Source: Escherichia coli
Lineage (GTDB): Bacteria; Pseudomonadota; Gammaproteobacteria; Enterobacterales; Enterobacteriaceae
Assembly: GCF_003334305.1 (NCBI RefSeq)
Contig: NZ_QOWS01000003.1
Strand: one strand, 5' to 3'
DNA length: 64,000 nt
Below are positions 53,264-64,000 of the stretch, in pieces (positions within the stretch are counted from its first letter, which is position 1; each line of letters starts with the position of its first letter). The notes beneath the pieces were generated by a model. It searched no databases, was not told where the DNA came from, and saw only the letters and a list, made by a program, of their open reading frames with translations. A program made the position numbers and the translations under genes.

Positions 53264-54544
53264 CTAAAAATTGCCGAGGGGGAACAAGGCCGGGAGCTGC
53301 GACAACAAATATAAAATTAGCCCAATACAACCGCCAACCAGCGTACCGTTGACACGGATAAACTGCAGATCTTTGCCGATATTTAACTCTATTTGCCGCG
53401 ACATATCCCGCGCATCCCAGCTTTTTACCGTATCGCTGATATGGCGCGTCAGGAATGCGGAAAACTCAGGCGCGACGCGGTGCGCGGCTTGTTCCAGATG
53501 ACCATTTAACGACGCCCGCAAGGCATCATCGGCAATTAACGTTTCGCCAAACCATTGACCCGCCCGCGCGATACGTTCTTTCACACGAGAATCTTCACTG
53601 TTGATATCCGCTTTCAGCCATTCCCGTAAATCCCCCCACAATTCACTGAGATAGCGGTTAAAAGCTTCATCTTCTTTCAGATAGCTTTTTACGGCATCAG
53701 CTCGCGCTGCCATTTCAGGATCGTTTTTCAACTTGTCGATCAGGGCAAAAGTGGCGCGATCAAACGCATGGCGGATCTGATGCGCACGATCGCGGCTGAT
53801 ATCATCAAGCAAAGAATTCACCGCGTCAGAAACCAACTCCGCGCTATGTTCGCCCAGCCATTCGGTGGGGAGAATTTTGGCTTTTAGTGGATGCTCGCTC
53901 TCCAGCCAGCGAACAATTTGCTGGGCGATTAACTTGCGCGATTTATCGCGCTGGAGAAGGGCGATCAACTGTGCGATCAGCGTATCCAGCAGCACCTGAT
54001 GACGATCGTTTTTGGTCATACTCTCCAGCATCAACGCACTGGTGCCGGAAAGATCTACCTTATCAATCGCCCGATGGACCGCGCGCTTAAGCAGGCGCTG
54101 AATACGCGCATCATCGGTCAGTTCAAGAAAACCGCTCATGATCTGCAACAGATGCTGACCAACGCGGCGGGCGTTTTCTGGCTGACTAAACCAGTTGCCA
54201 ATCAACAACGCCGGTTCGTGACGTCGAATCAATGCCACCAGCGACTGGGTATCGAGAAATTTTTCCTGCACGAACTGGCCGAGATTTTCGCCAATCCGGT
54301 CTTTATTACGCGGGATAATCGCCGTATGACGAGAAATGATCGGAATCGGCACGCGGCGAAACAGCGCCACCACCGCAAACCAGTCCGCCAGCGCGCCGAC
54401 CATCGCCGCTTCAGCAATCGCCTTCACGCCGCTCACCCAAAAATTGGGCGGCAAAAACAGCGTAACGACAAAGGTAGCAGCGGCGATAAGCAGTAAAGAG
54501 AGCGCCAACATTTTGGCGCGTCTGAGTTCAATGAGTTTATTCAT
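53264..54544 (-). CDS. yjiN: Inner-membrane protein YjiN (DUF445)
   Basis: 426-aa ORF with N-terminal transmembrane segments. Confidence 0.85.
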   Translation of the reverse strand: MNKLIELRRAKMLALSLLLIAAATFVVTLFLPPNFWVSGVKAIAEAAMVGALADWFAVVALFRRVPIPIISRHTAIIPRNKDRIGENLGQFVQEKFLDTQSLVALIRRHEPALLIGNWFSQPENARRVGQHLLQIMSGFLELTDDARIQRLLKRAVHRAIDKVDLSGTSALMLESMTKNDRHQVLLDTLIAQLIALLQRDKSRKLIAQQIVRWLESEHPLKAKILPTEWLGEHSAELVSDAVNSLLDDISRDRAHQIRHAFDRATFALIDKLKNDPEMAARADAVKSYLKEDEAFNRYLSELWGDLREWLKADINSEDSRVKERIARAGQWFGETLIADDALRASLNGHLEQAAHRVAPEFSAFLTRHISDTVKSWDARDMSRQIELNIGKDLQFIRVNGTLVGGCIGLILYLLSQLPALFPLGNF

Positions 54545-54584
54545 AACGTTAAGAATAGAGCCTGACGGCAGGATCGCGCAAAAA

Positions 54585-55817
54585 TCACCGCTCCTCCGCC
54601 AGCTCGGCAGCCTGATGTTGGCGCACGCGATTGAGCAATCCTGCCAGGGTGAAAACGACGATAACGCCCGCCACGACGGCTAACAGATGAAACGGCAAGC
54701 GACCGCCGTTAAACCACAGCCAGCGGCCGATTTCGACCGAGACAGACATCACCATCAGGATCACCATATTCAGCGATGCGGAGACGGTTCCTTTCGGTAA
54801 GTTATTGGAAAAAAGCGTAAAGCGGAATAAGGTCGGGAAGATCAAACCAATCCCGAAAGCATACAAACTGGTGCCCAGCACCGACCACAGCCAGACGTGC
54901 GGTGACAGCAGATTGCCGATAATCAACAGCGCGAGGCCGACCAGTTGAATGGGTACAGCACGCCAGATAAAGCGCGGTTCGGTCGGATCTTTAACGAAAC
55001 GCGCCACGATGGCATTCGCGACAATCACCGCGCCGAACACCGGAACCTGTGTCCAGGCGAACTGCGAAGTTGTTAAGCCGCCTGCGTCAATCAGGATCAC
55101 CGGCGAGACAGCCACCCAACTCATCATCGGGATATAGCTTAAAGAGATGGTTGCTGCGCCAAAGAGGAACAGCCGGTTGCAAAAGACATTACGAAAATCG
55201 CGCAAGACGCTTTTGGCGCTAAATGGAACCGCGCCGCGCTTCACCGTCTCTGGCATCGCCAGCAGTAAGCCAACAAATGAGATAAACCCCATAACCGCAA
55301 TGATGGCAAAAAGGACTTTCCAGTGCACAAAGTGCATCAGAGCTGCGCCGGAAAGCGGGCCAATAATCGGCGCAATCAGTACGATGGAGGTGATAATCGC
55401 CATCAACTTAATCCCTTTTGTCTGTCCGAACGCCTCCTGCACCGTGACATAACCAACGGTAGCAATAAAACAGATACTGGTGCCCTGAATTGCACGCGCG
55501 ATAAGAAACTGTGTCATAGACGTTGTGAACATTGTCGCAGCGCAGGCAAGGGTAAATATTAGCGCCCCGGTAATCAGCACCGGCCTGCGGCCAATCCTGT
55601 CGGAAAGCGGCCCCAGCAGCCACTGTAACGCCATACCCCCCGCGAGATAGAGACTGACGGCAGCCGGAGCCAGACTGACATCGGCATTAAAATCACGGAC
55701 CACATTAATGATCCCCGGCTGGATCAGATCCGTCGAAAGATAGGCGGCAAAGTCATACAAAATCAACGCCATCGGGAAAAACAGCGTAGCGGCATGGCGG
55801 GCAAAAAAACGTGGCAT
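54585..55817 (-). CDS. mdtM: MFS multidrug efflux transporter MdtM
   Basis: [26 protein letters not shown] ... (about 410 aa), 12-TMS MFS. Confidence 0.92.
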   Translation of the reverse strand: MPRFFARHAATLFFPMALILYDFAAYLSTDLIQPGIINVVRDFNADVSLAPAAVSLYLAGGMALQWLLGPLSDRIGRRPVLITGALIFTLACAATMFTTSMTQFLIARAIQGTSICFIATVGYVTVQEAFGQTKGIKLMAIITSIVLIAPIIGPLSGAALMHFVHWKVLFAIIAVMGFISFVGLLLAMPETVKRGAVPFSAKSVLRDFRNVFCNRLFLFGAATISLSYIPMMSWVAVSPVILIDAGGLTTSQFAWTQVPVFGAVIVANAIVARFVKDPTEPRFIWRAVPIQLVGLALLIIGNLLSPHVWLWSVLGTSLYAFGIGLIFPTLFRFTLFSNNLPKGTVSASLNMVILMVMSVSVEIGRWLWFNGGRLPFHLLAVVAGVIVVFTLAGLLNRVRQHQAAELAEER

Positions 55818-56283
55818 AACAAACAACTCCTTGTCCGGAGAACCCCAACGGGGAAAACGAAATTCAATACCGTCGGTAATGACGAAAGGCAGGCGAGAAG
55901 GACAAATGTACTGAATTTCATGTAATCAACCACACTGCCTGTGAACACACAGACAGAGAAATACCTTCTGACTCCAGGTCAGAATGTATAACGATTACAA
56001 ATAGTCATCAGCACATTACACCTCTTTAATTGATGGGTTGCATAGAAAATATACACCTTAAGTGTAATTAAAATTTGCGGTTAATCAAAAGAGCGCGGTG
56101 GAAAGGGGAATATCTGCCGGGTACAGGAAATGTAAAACGCGAGCCTGTTTCCGGAAAAATGTATCGTTTGCAGAGGAACACAAATAGCCTGGAAAGCGCC
56201 TCGGGGAACGAGAAATTGCCGGGTGAGAATGGTTTTGTTAGTCGCTACAGTCGGGCCATCTTATCTACAGGTGACGGATCGCC

Positions 56284-57228
56284 ATGACAAACTTCACAAC
56301 CAGCACGCCGCATGACGCATTATTTAAATCCTTTCTCACGCACCCTGACACCGCGCGGGATTTTATGGAGATCCACTTACCCAAAGATTTACGTGAACTG
56401 TGCGATCTCGACAGCTTAAAACTGGAATCCGCCAGCTTCGTCGATGAAAAATTGCGGGCGCTACACTCCGATATTCTGTGGTCGGTAAAGACCCGTGAAG
56501 GTGATGGTTATATTTACGTAGTGATTGAACATCAGAGCCGCGAGGATATCCATATGGCCTTTCGCCTGATGCGATATTCCATGGCGGTGATGCAGCGCCA
56601 TATCGAGCATGATAAACGCCGGCCGCTACCGCTGGTCATCCCGATGCTGTTTTATCACGGTAGCCGTAGTCCTTATCCCTGGTCCCTGTGCTGGCTGGAC
56701 GAATTTGCTGACCCGACCACCGCACGGAAGCTTTATACCGCAGCGTTCCCGCTGGTGGATGTCACTGTCGTGCCAGACGACGAGATTGTGCAGCACCGCA
56801 GAGTCGCCCTGTTGGAGTTGATCCAAAAGCATATTCGCCAGCGCGATCTGATGGGGCTTATCGATCAACTGGTAATATTACTGGTTACAGAGTGTGCTAA
56901 TGACAGCCAGATAACTGCGCTGTTAAATTACATTTTACTGACTGGCGATGAAGCGCGTTTTAAGAAGTTTATCAGCGAACTTACCCGTCGAATGCCACAA
57001 CACAGGGAGCGAATAATGACGATTGCAGAGCGAATTTATAATGATGGATGGCTGTTGGGGATGGAAAAGGGGAAAGAAGAAGGGGAACAACGCCTCCTTA
57101 GATTGTTGTTGCAGAATGGGGCAGATCCTGAATGGATACAAAAGATTACCGGACTTTCGACAGAGCAAATGCAGGCATTAGAGCAGCCCTTGCCTGAAAT
57201 CAAGCGCGATCCATGGATCGAATACTAA
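56284..57228 (+). CDS. rpnD: Rpn-family recombination-promoting nuclease-like protein (PD-(D/E)XK, transposase_31 fold), apparently intact
   Basis: 314-aa uninterrupted ORF starting [33 protein letters not shown] with [11 protein letters not shown] in the nuclease core. Confidence 0.8.
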   Translation: MTNFTTSTPHDALFKSFLTHPDTARDFMEIHLPKDLRELCDLDSLKLESASFVDEKLRALHSDILWSVKTREGDGYIYVVIEHQSREDIHMAFRLMRYSMAVMQRHIEHDKRRPLPLVIPMLFYHGSRSPYPWSLCWLDEFADPTTARKLYTAAFPLVDVTVVPDDEIVQHRRVALLELIQKHIRQRDLMGLIDQLVILLVTECANDSQITALLNYILLTGDEARFKKFISELTRRMPQHRERIMTIAERIYNDGWLLGMEKGKEEGEQRLLRLLLQNGADPEWIQKITGLSTEQMQALEQPLPEIKRDPWIEY

Positions 57229-57318
57229 TCAGAGACGGATGACAAACGCAAAGCTGCCTGATGCGCTACGCTTATCAGACCTACATTTCCTCTGCAATCT
57301 ATTGAATTTGCGCGGTTT

Positions 57319-57352
57319 GTAGGCCGGATAAGGCGTTCACGCCGCATCCGGT
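57319..57352. repeat. REP element
   Basis: gtaggccggataaggcgttcacgccgcatccgg. Confidence 0.7.
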
Positions 57353-57469
57353 ATGAACGAAGCACACTTTGCCTAAGCCATGCTGGAACGTGGCGATGAC
57401 CCTGCAAAGATACAACGAGTTACAGGCGATTCGTGAGAGGAAATCAGGTGCTTCGCCACTAATTCGAAT

Positions 57470-58882
57470 TTATTCCATTGCCCGATACACGGCCTCGCCA
57501 ATTTGCTTTAGTGCTTCGCGATAGGTTTCGCTGAGCGGCAAAGCGCAGTTGATGCGTAGACAATTACGGTATTTGCCGGAAGCCGAGAAAATCGAGCCTG
57601 CTGCCACCTGGATATTCATGCGGCACAGCTGCCGCGCAACGCAGACCATATCGACCTGTTCAGGCAATTCTATCCACAGTAAAAATCCGCCTTTCGGGCG
57701 CGTAATACAGATTTCGCAGGGAAAATATTCCCGTATCCAGCAGGTATAAAGCGCCAAATTGCGCTGATAGCTCTGCCGCATCCGCCGGATATGGCGATGA
57801 TAGTGACCTTCCAGCACAAACGTTGCCGCCGCCATTTGCGTGGACGGCACATTAAAGCTGCTGATGGCGTATTTCATATGCATCAGTTTATCGTGATAAC
57901 GCCCCGGTGCGACCCAACCCACGCGCAGGCCTGGAGCAATACTTTTACTGAACGAGCTGCACAACAACACTCGCCCGTCGATATCCCATGAATGGATGGT
58001 CCGCGGGCGCGGATACTCCGTTGCCAGTTCGCCGTAGACATCATCTTCAAAAATCACAATATCATGACGCTGAGCGAGAGAGAGAACGGCCCGTTTGCGT
58101 GCGTCCGGCATAATAAATCCCAGCGGATTATTACAGTTTGGCACCAGAATGATGCCTTTAATCGGCCACTGTTCCAGCGCCAGTTCCAGTGCTTCAACGC
58201 TGATGCCAGTTTCTGGATCGGTTGGGATTTCAATCACTTTCACGCCCATGCCTCGCAGCATCTGCATCGAACCGTAATAACAGGGAGATTCGACCGCGAC
58301 AATATCGCCCGGTTTACACACCGCCATTAACGCCAGCGACATCGAGTTATGGCAGCCGCTGGTGATGATGATGTCATCGGCGGTGACCACCGAGCCGCTG
58401 TCGAGCATCAGGCGGGCAATCTGCTCCCGCAACACTCGCTGACCGGCTAACAAGTCATAACCGAGAACGGTTTGCAGATTATGCTGCACCACCCGGCTTA
58501 GCTCACGCCACAGCGGTTTCAGGCTGGGCGTTTCGACATCCGGCGTGCTTTTGCTTAACGGAACAATGGAATTGTCGCTATGCGCCTCCAGCATATCCAG
58601 CACCTGATCCCACTGGGTAATTTCCACCGGGCGCTGCACCGGACGCGTCATCGGCGGTACAGGCGGCTGGGCTTTACGTTGTGCGACAAAATAACCCGAA
58701 CGCGGCTGCGGAGTGATGAGCCTCATCGTTTCCAGCGTCTGATACGCCTGTTGCACGGTGCTGATGCTGACGCCGTGCTCCTGACTTAAGCTGCGCACCG
58801 ACGGCAATTTCTCCCCGTGACGATACAGCCCTTGCTCAATCCGCTCGGCAAGTAGAGTCGCCAGATGTTGATAACGCGTCAT
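57470..58882 (-). CDS. yjiR: MocR-type regulator (GntR HTH fused to a PLP aminotransferase-like domain) YjiR
   Basis: 470 aa; N-terminal winged HTH (EKLPSVRSLSQEHGVSISTVQQAYQTLE) and a fold-type I aminotransferase domain. Confidence 0.9.
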   Translation of the reverse strand: MTRYQHLATLLAERIEQGLYRHGEKLPSVRSLSQEHGVSISTVQQAYQTLETMRLITPQPRSGYFVAQRKAQPPVPPMTRPVQRPVEITQWDQVLDMLEAHSDNSIVPLSKSTPDVETPSLKPLWRELSRVVQHNLQTVLGYDLLAGQRVLREQIARLMLDSGSVVTADDIIITSGCHNSMSLALMAVCKPGDIVAVESPCYYGSMQMLRGMGVKVIEIPTDPETGISVEALELALEQWPIKGIILVPNCNNPLGFIMPDARKRAVLSLAQRHDIVIFEDDVYGELATEYPRPRTIHSWDIDGRVLLCSSFSKSIAPGLRVGWVAPGRYHDKLMHMKYAISSFNVPSTQMAAATFVLEGHYHRHIRRMRQSYQRNLALYTCWIREYFPCEICITRPKGGFLLWIELPEQVDMVCVARQLCRMNIQVAAGSIFSASGKYRNCLRINCALPLSETYREALKQIGEAVYRAME

Positions 58883-59058
58883 GCTGTATTCCTTATTTGG
58901 CCCATACAGAAAGAAAAACCGGTACAGATGAGGCTAAAAAACCGGATGCAGATGCTGTTTTAACCTGTCTGTATGTTAAATAAAACTAATATTTGCATCT
59001 GTATTGTGAACTGCCAGAAGGCGGATGATGAAGCCTCTGAAAGATGAGGAGGCAGCAG

Positions 59059-59223
59059 ATGGAATTTCACGAAAACAAAGCCAAAACGCCGTTTATCAGA
59101 CTTGTGCAACTCTGGCATGCGGTGAGGCGTTGGCGGCGGCAAATGCAGACCCGACGAGTGTTACAGCAGATGAGTGATGAACGGTTGAGGGATATTGGGT
59201 TACGCAGGGAGGATGTGGAGTGA
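59059..59223 (+). CDS. yjiS: Small DUF1127 protein YjiS
   Basis: 54-aa ORF MEFHENKAKTPFIRLVQLWHAVRRWRRQMQTRRVLQQMSDERLRDIGLRREDVE with GAGGAGG upstream; below the ORF-track length cutoff. Confidence 0.8.
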   Translation: MEFHENKAKTPFIRLVQLWHAVRRWRRQMQTRRVLQQMSDERLRDIGLRREDVE

Positions 59224-59574
59224 ACTATGGGCGGCGTGTTGGCAAATGCTGCCTGTCTGCATTCAAAATTGCTACAAAATCCAACCATAAAAGTCGTTTA
59301 CAACATATTTTTCTGATTTACATACAGATAATGACCTGAGCTGTCTCTCTGGGGGTCATCATCTATGCGTCCGGGGGATCTGTCACAAAAAGGAATAGAA
59401 CAAAATCATCAGCGGTGAATAAAGCGATTCGTTTTAGATCACATTAATGAAATTTTTGTATCAAAAATTAGTTATCGCGCTCACAGTTCATAATGAAACA
59501 ATTCTCTGCAAATAGATAACCGAAGCTTCGTTGCTAGTATCAATTCGCTAATTATACACCTGCCAGAGGATACA

Positions 59575-62115
59575 ATGAAAAATAGAAATCGTATGATCGT
59601 GAACTGTGTTACTGCTTCCCTGATGTATTATTGGAGCTTACCTGCACTGGCTGAGCAGTCGTCAAGTGAGATAAAGATTGTTCGCGATGAATACGGCATG
59701 CCGCATATTTATGCCAATGATACATGGCACCTATTTTATGGCTATGGCTATGTAGTAGCACAAGATCGCCTTTTTCAGATGGAAATGGCACGTCGCAGTA
59801 CTCAAGGGACTGTCGCGGAAGTGCTTGGCAAAGATTTTGTGAAATTTGATAAAGATATCCGTCGTAACTACTGGCCGGATGCTATCCGGGCGCAAATTGC
59901 TGCCCTTTCCCCAGAGGATATGTCCATTCTGCAAGGCTACGCTGATGGAATGAATGCCTGGATTGATAAGGTAAATACCAATCCAGAGACGCTCTTACCA
60001 AAACAGTTTAATACATTTGGCTTTACTCCTAAGCGCTGGGAACCGTTTGATGTCGCGATGATATTTGTGGGCACCATGGCAAACCGCTTCTCTGATAGCA
60101 CTAGCGAAATTGATAATCTGGCACTGCTAACGGCTTTAAAAGATAAATATGGTGTATCACAAGGCATGGCGGTATTTAATCAGTTGAAATGGCTGGTAAA
60201 CCCATCAGCGCCAACCACTATTGCCGTACAAGAGAGTAACTACCCACTTAAATTTAATCAGCAAAACTCGCAAACAGCAGCTCTGTTGCCACGCTACGAT
60301 TTACCTGCACCAATGCTTGACCGACCAGCAAAAGGGGCGGATGGCGCACTGCTGGCGTTAACAGCAGGGAAGAACCGGGAAACTATTGCTGCACAATTTG
60401 CACAGGGTGGTGCCAATGGTCTGGCGGGGTATCCAACGACCAGCAATATGTGGGTGATCGGCAAAAGCAAAGCCCAGGATGCGAAAGCAATCATGGTAAA
60501 TGGTCCGCAGTTTGGCTGGTATGCGCCTGCGTATACTTATGGTATTGGTCTGCACGGTGCTGGTTATGATGTCACTGGCAATACACCATTTGCCTATCCT
60601 GGGCTGGTTTTTGGTCATAATGGTGTGATTTCCTGGGGATCAACGGCAGGTTTCGGCGATGATGTCGATATTTTTGCTGAACGGCTGTCGGCAGAGAAAC
60701 CAGGCTACTACTTGCATAATGGTAAGTGGGTGAAAATGTTAAGCCGTGAGGAAACCATTACGGTGAAAAATGGTCAGGCAGAGACCTTTACTGTCTGGCG
60801 TACGGTGCATGGCAACATTCTCCAAACTGACCAGACGACACAAACGGCTTACGCTAAATCCCGCGCATGGGATGGTAAAGAGGTGGCGTCTTTGCTGGCC
60901 TGGACTCATCAGATGAAGGCCAAAAATTGGCAGGAGTGGACACAGCAGGCAGCGAAACAAGCACTGACCATCAACTGGTACTATGCTGATGTAAACGGCA
61001 ATATTGGTTATGTTCATACTGGTGCTTATCCAGATCGTCAATCAGGCCATGATCCGCGATTACCCGTTCCTGGTACGGGAAAATGGGACTGGAAAGGGCT
61101 ATTGCCTTTTGAAATGAACCCTAAGGTGTATAACCCCCAGTCGGGATATATTGCTAACTGGAACAATTCTCCCCAAAAAGATTATCCCGCTTCAGATCTG
61201 TTTGCCTTTTTGTGGGGTGGTGCAGATCGCGTTACGGAGATCGACCGACTGCTTGAGCAAAAGCCACGCTTAACTGCTGATCAGGCATGGGATGTTATTC
61301 GCCAAACCAGTCGTCAGGATCTTAACCTGAGGCTTTTTTTACCTACTCTGCAAGCAGCGACATCTGGTTTGACACAGAGCGATCCGCGTCGTCAGTTGGT
61401 AGAAACATTAACACGTTGGGATGGCATCAATTTGCTTAATGATGATGGTAAAACCTGGCAGCAGCCAGGCTCTGCCATCCTGAACGTTTGGCTGACCAGT
61501 ATGTTGAAGCGTACCGTAGTGGCTGCCGTACCTATGCCATTTGATAAGTGGTACAGCGCCAGTGGCTACGAAACAACCCAGGACGGCCCAACTGGTTCGC
61601 TGAATATAAGTGTTGGAGCAAAAATTTTGTATGAGGCGGTGCAGGGAGACAAATCACCAATCCCACAGGCGGTTGATCTGTTTGCTGGGAAACCACAGCA
61701 GGAGGTTGTGTTGGCTGCGCTGGAAGATACCTGGGAGACTCTTTCCAAACGCTATGGCAATAATGTGAGTAACTGGAAAACACCTGCAATGGCCTTAACG
61801 TTCCGGGCAAATAATTTCTTTGGTGTACCGCAGGCCGCAGCGGAAGAAACGCGTCATCAGGCGGAGTATCAAAACCGTGGAACAGAAAACGATATGATTG
61901 TTTTCTCACCAACGACAAGCGATCGTCCTGTGCTTGCCTGGGATGTGGTCGCACCCGGTCAGAGTGGGTTTATTGCTCCCGATGGAACAGTTGATAAGCA
62001 CTATGAAGATCAGCTGAAAATGTACGAAAATTTTGGCCGTAAGTCGCTCTGGTTAACGAAGCAGGATGTGGAGGCGCATAAGGAGTCGCAGGAAGTGTTG
62101 CACGTTCAGAGATAA
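59575..62115 (+). CDS. pac: Penicillin G acylase precursor (Ntn-hydrolase)
   Basis: 846 aa; [74 protein letters not shown] matches remembered E. coli penicillin G amidase (signal peptide, alpha subunit, spacer, beta subunit beginning SNMWVIG). Confidence 0.95.
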   Translation: MKNRNRMIVNCVTASLMYYWSLPALAEQSSSEIKIVRDEYGMPHIYANDTWHLFYGYGYVVAQDRLFQMEMARRSTQGTVAEVLGKDFVKFDKDIRRNYWPDAIRAQIAALSPEDMSILQGYADGMNAWIDKVNTNPETLLPKQFNTFGFTPKRWEPFDVAMIFVGTMANRFSDSTSEIDNLALLTALKDKYGVSQGMAVFNQLKWLVNPSAPTTIAVQESNYPLKFNQQNSQTAALLPRYDLPAPMLDRPAKGADGALLALTAGKNRETIAAQFAQGGANGLAGYPTTSNMWVIGKSKAQDAKAIMVNGPQFGWYAPAYTYGIGLHGAGYDVTGNTPFAYPGLVFGHNGVISWGSTAGFGDDVDIFAERLSAEKPGYYLHNGKWVKMLSREETITVKNGQAETFTVWRTVHGNILQTDQTTQTAYAKSRAWDGKEVASLLAWTHQMKAKNWQEWTQQAAKQALTINWYYADVNGNIGYVHTGAYPDRQSGHDPRLPVPGTGKWDWKGLLPFEMNPKVYNPQSGYIANWNNSPQKDYPASDLFAFLWGGADRVTEIDRLLEQKPRLTADQAWDVIRQTSRQDLNLRLFLPTLQAATSGLTQSDPRRQLVETLTRWDGINLLNDDGKTWQQPGSAILNVWLTSMLKRTVVAAVPMPFDKWYSASGYETTQDGPTGSLNISVGAKILYEAVQGDKSPIPQAVDLFAGKPQQEVVLAALEDTWETLSKRYGNNVSNWKTPAMALTFRANNFFGVPQAAAEETRHQAEYQNRGTENDMIVFSPTTSDRPVLAWDVVAPGQSGFIAPDGTVDKHYEDQLKMYENFGRKSLWLTKQDVEAHKESQEVLHVQR

Positions 62116-62130
62116 TTAAGCCCGAAAGCC

Positions 62131-62158
62131 CTCATATTCTGGAGGAATATGAGGGTGA
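62131..62158. terminator. Hairpin between convergent pac and yjiA
   Basis: ccctcatattc / gaatatgaggg stem with a 5-nt loop; flanking T-runs are weak. Confidence 0.35.
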
Positions 62159-62192
62159 TAAAGTCTCAGGTATTGTGATGTTGGAGGGCTGG

Positions 62193-63149
62193 TTACTTTT
62201 TGAGTCCCGCAAACGCCGCCCGAATCTCATCCTCCGGCAACTGAATCCCGATAAACACCATCGTGCTATGCGGTGTTTCATCGCCCCATGGCCTGTCCCA
62301 GTCGGCGCTGTAGAGGCGCTGGACGCCCTGGAACAGCAGGCGGTTAGGTTCGCCGTCAATCCACAGCATCCCTTTGTAACGCAGCAGTTTATCCGCCGAT
62401 TCCAGCAGCAGGTTTTCCATCACCCGGGAAACTTCGCTGATATCTACCGGGTAATCCAGTTCCACCACAATCGACGAAATATCGTTTTGTTTGTCCGCGA
62501 TAAAATGGAAACGCGGTTTGGTGCTGACGACGTTTTCTTCCAGCATAAAACCGTTGGTGTTGAACAGCAGACCCAGGTCGATGTCGCCGTGGGTGACGGT
62601 GTAGACCGGTGCACGGGCGTTGATGCGTGCCAGACGTTCACGCAGTTTTTCTGCTTCGCCTGCGACGTCGGTTTTAGTCAGCAGAATACGGTCGGCGTAG
62701 CCCACCTGGGACTGGGCGATGGTGAACTGGTTCATCTGCTCATCGGCATGTACCGCATCCACCAGCGCAATCACGCCGTCCAGCAGGTAGCGCTGGCATA
62801 AAATCTCATGGGAGAAAAAGGTTTGAATAATCGGGCCAGGATCGGCCATGCCGGTGCATTCAATGACCAGACGATCGAACTGAATATTGCCCTTGTCGAG
62901 ATTATCCAGCAGGTCGAGTAGCGCGTCCTCCAGCTCGTTGGAGCGCGAACAGCAGATGCAGCCGTTGGTCAGCGTTTTGATCTGCGTTGCGCGATCACCA
63001 ATCAATTGATCATCAACGGAGACTTCGCCGAATTCGTTTTCAATCACGGCAATCTTGTAGCCGTGTTGTTCATTAAGAATATGGCGCAGCAGGGTGGTTT
63101 TGCCCGCGCCTAAAAAACCGGTGAGTAGGGTAACTGCAATCGGGTTCAT
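62193..63149 (-). CDS. yjiA: CobW/COG0523-family GTPase YjiA
   Basis: MNPIAVTLLTGFLGAGKTTLLRHILNE (P-loop) and a GCICC motif; 318 aa from the ATG at 63149. Confidence 0.93.
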   Translation of the reverse strand: MNPIAVTLLTGFLGAGKTTLLRHILNEQHGYKIAVIENEFGEVSVDDQLIGDRATQIKTLTNGCICCSRSNELEDALLDLLDNLDKGNIQFDRLVIECTGMADPGPIIQTFFSHEILCQRYLLDGVIALVDAVHADEQMNQFTIAQSQVGYADRILLTKTDVAGEAEKLRERLARINARAPVYTVTHGDIDLGLLFNTNGFMLEENVVSTKPRFHFIADKQNDISSIVVELDYPVDISEVSRVMENLLLESADKLLRYKGMLWIDGEPNRLLFQGVQRLYSADWDRPWGDETPHSTMVFIGIQLPEDEIRAAFAGLKK

Positions 63150-63159
63150 GCTCTCTCCA

Positions 63160-63363
63160 TTAACAACAGCGCATACCGCCTTTACCATCGCCGCCGTAGC
63201 GTGCGTTCTGGCGTTCGCGGAAGAATTCTTCATAGCTCATGTACGGCTTGTCGGGATGGTTGGTCTTCATATGCTCGACGTAGTTGTCGTAGTCTGGAAT
63301 GCCAATCAACATCTTCGCCGCCTGGCCGAGATATTTTTTTGCCTGTCCTAAGTTACCAAACAT
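63160..63363 (-). CDS. yjiX: Small DUF466 protein YjiX
   Basis: 67 aa [58 protein letters not shown]; partner of the downstream CstA-family transporter. Confidence 0.88.
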
Positions 63364-63412
63364 AGTTCACTCTGATAAGAACAAAGCCCCGCCGAAGCGG
63401 GGCTAAATACGG

Positions 63413-64000
63413 TTAGTGGTGCGAAGAGATCTTCACGCCGCCTTCCGGGATTGGAACGTACGGTGTTTCTTTGTCAGTACGTTTGTCGCTGTTACGCACA
63501 TTCAGCCAGGTTTTGAAACCGTAGAAGATGATGCTGTACACCACAATCAGGAACAGAATACTCAGGCCTGCGTTGGTGTAGTTGTTCACAACGATGTGGT
63601 TCATGTTGGCAATCTGCTGCGCCGTCAGGTCAGTACCGTTAGCAATCTTCTCTTTGTACTGGCTTGCCATGTAGAAGAAGCCTTCCATCTGCGGGTTGGT
63701 GCTGAACAGTTTCAGACCCAGCGCCCAGGTGGTGCAGATAAGCAGCCATACAGCCGGAACAACAGTTACCCAGATGTATTGGGTGCGCTTCATCTTAATC
63801 AGCACAACGGTGCCCAGTACCAGCGCTACGGCTGCCAGCATCTGGTTGGAAATACCGAACAGCGGCCACAGGCTCTTAACGCCGCCCAGCGGATCGACCA
63901 CGCCCTGATACAGCAGGTAGCCCCACAGACCCACACAGCCCGCAGTACCGATGATACCGGCAACCAGAGAGTCGGTTTTTTTCAGGAACGGGATGAAGTT
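63413..64000 (-). CDS. btsT: CstA-family pyruvate/peptide transporter BtsT (YjiY), 3' part only; gene continues past the window end
   Basis: Hydrophobic C-terminal segment ending KETPYVPIPEGGVKISSHH; the frame stays open to position 64000. Confidence 0.85.
   Translation of the reverse strand, partial: NFIPFLKKTDSLVAGIIGTAGCVGLWGYLLYQGVVDPLGGVKSLWPLFGISNQMLAAVALVLGTVVLIKMKRTQYIWVTVVPAVWLLICTTWALGLKLFSTNPQMEGFFYMASQYKEKIANGTDLTAQQIANMNHIVVNNYTNAGLSILFLIVVYSIIFYGFKTWLNVRNSDKRTDKETPYVPIPEGGVKISSHH

Overview
This window reads as Escherichia coli chromosome from the K-12 minute 97-98 neighbourhood: yjgR (partial), ahr, tRNA-Leu leuX, then the nanS-nanM-nanC, fimBE-fimS-fimAICDFGH, gntP, uxuAB-uxuR, yjiC, iraD, hypT, iadA, yjiGH, kptA, yjiJKLMN, mdtM, rpnD, yjiR, yjiS block, then penicillin G acylase (pac), yjiA, yjiX and the 3' part of btsT. 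All gene names are recognised from the translated ORFs by recollection; no database search was run. Two stretches are accessory. (1) Directly 3' of leuX sits a roughly 21.7 kb island (about 2299-23980): a P4-type integrase with an N-terminal frameshift, followed by 12 tightly coupled minus-strand genes (3966-22730) and a separate HNH endonuclease gene. The operon combines an RM-like module (McrB-like AAA+ protein, McrC-like PD-(D/E)xK nuclease, small protein, HsdM-like N6-adenine methyltransferase, HsdS-like specificity subunit, no HsdR) with a seven-gene module (Hanks-type Ser/Thr kinase with a helical C-terminal domain, HerA/FtsK-like ATPase, a 1428-aa protein with a KAP-type P-loop, and four proteins with no recognisable motifs). 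I cannot match this gene combination to any named defence system from memory, so it is the best candidate for an undescribed system here. (2) Between yjiS and yjiA, where K-12 carries the mcrBC-hsdRMS-mrr immigration control region, this genome carries only pac. The fim switch appears to be in the OFF orientation. Coordinates of known genes are set by the best ATG/GTG start consistent with remembered protein lengths.
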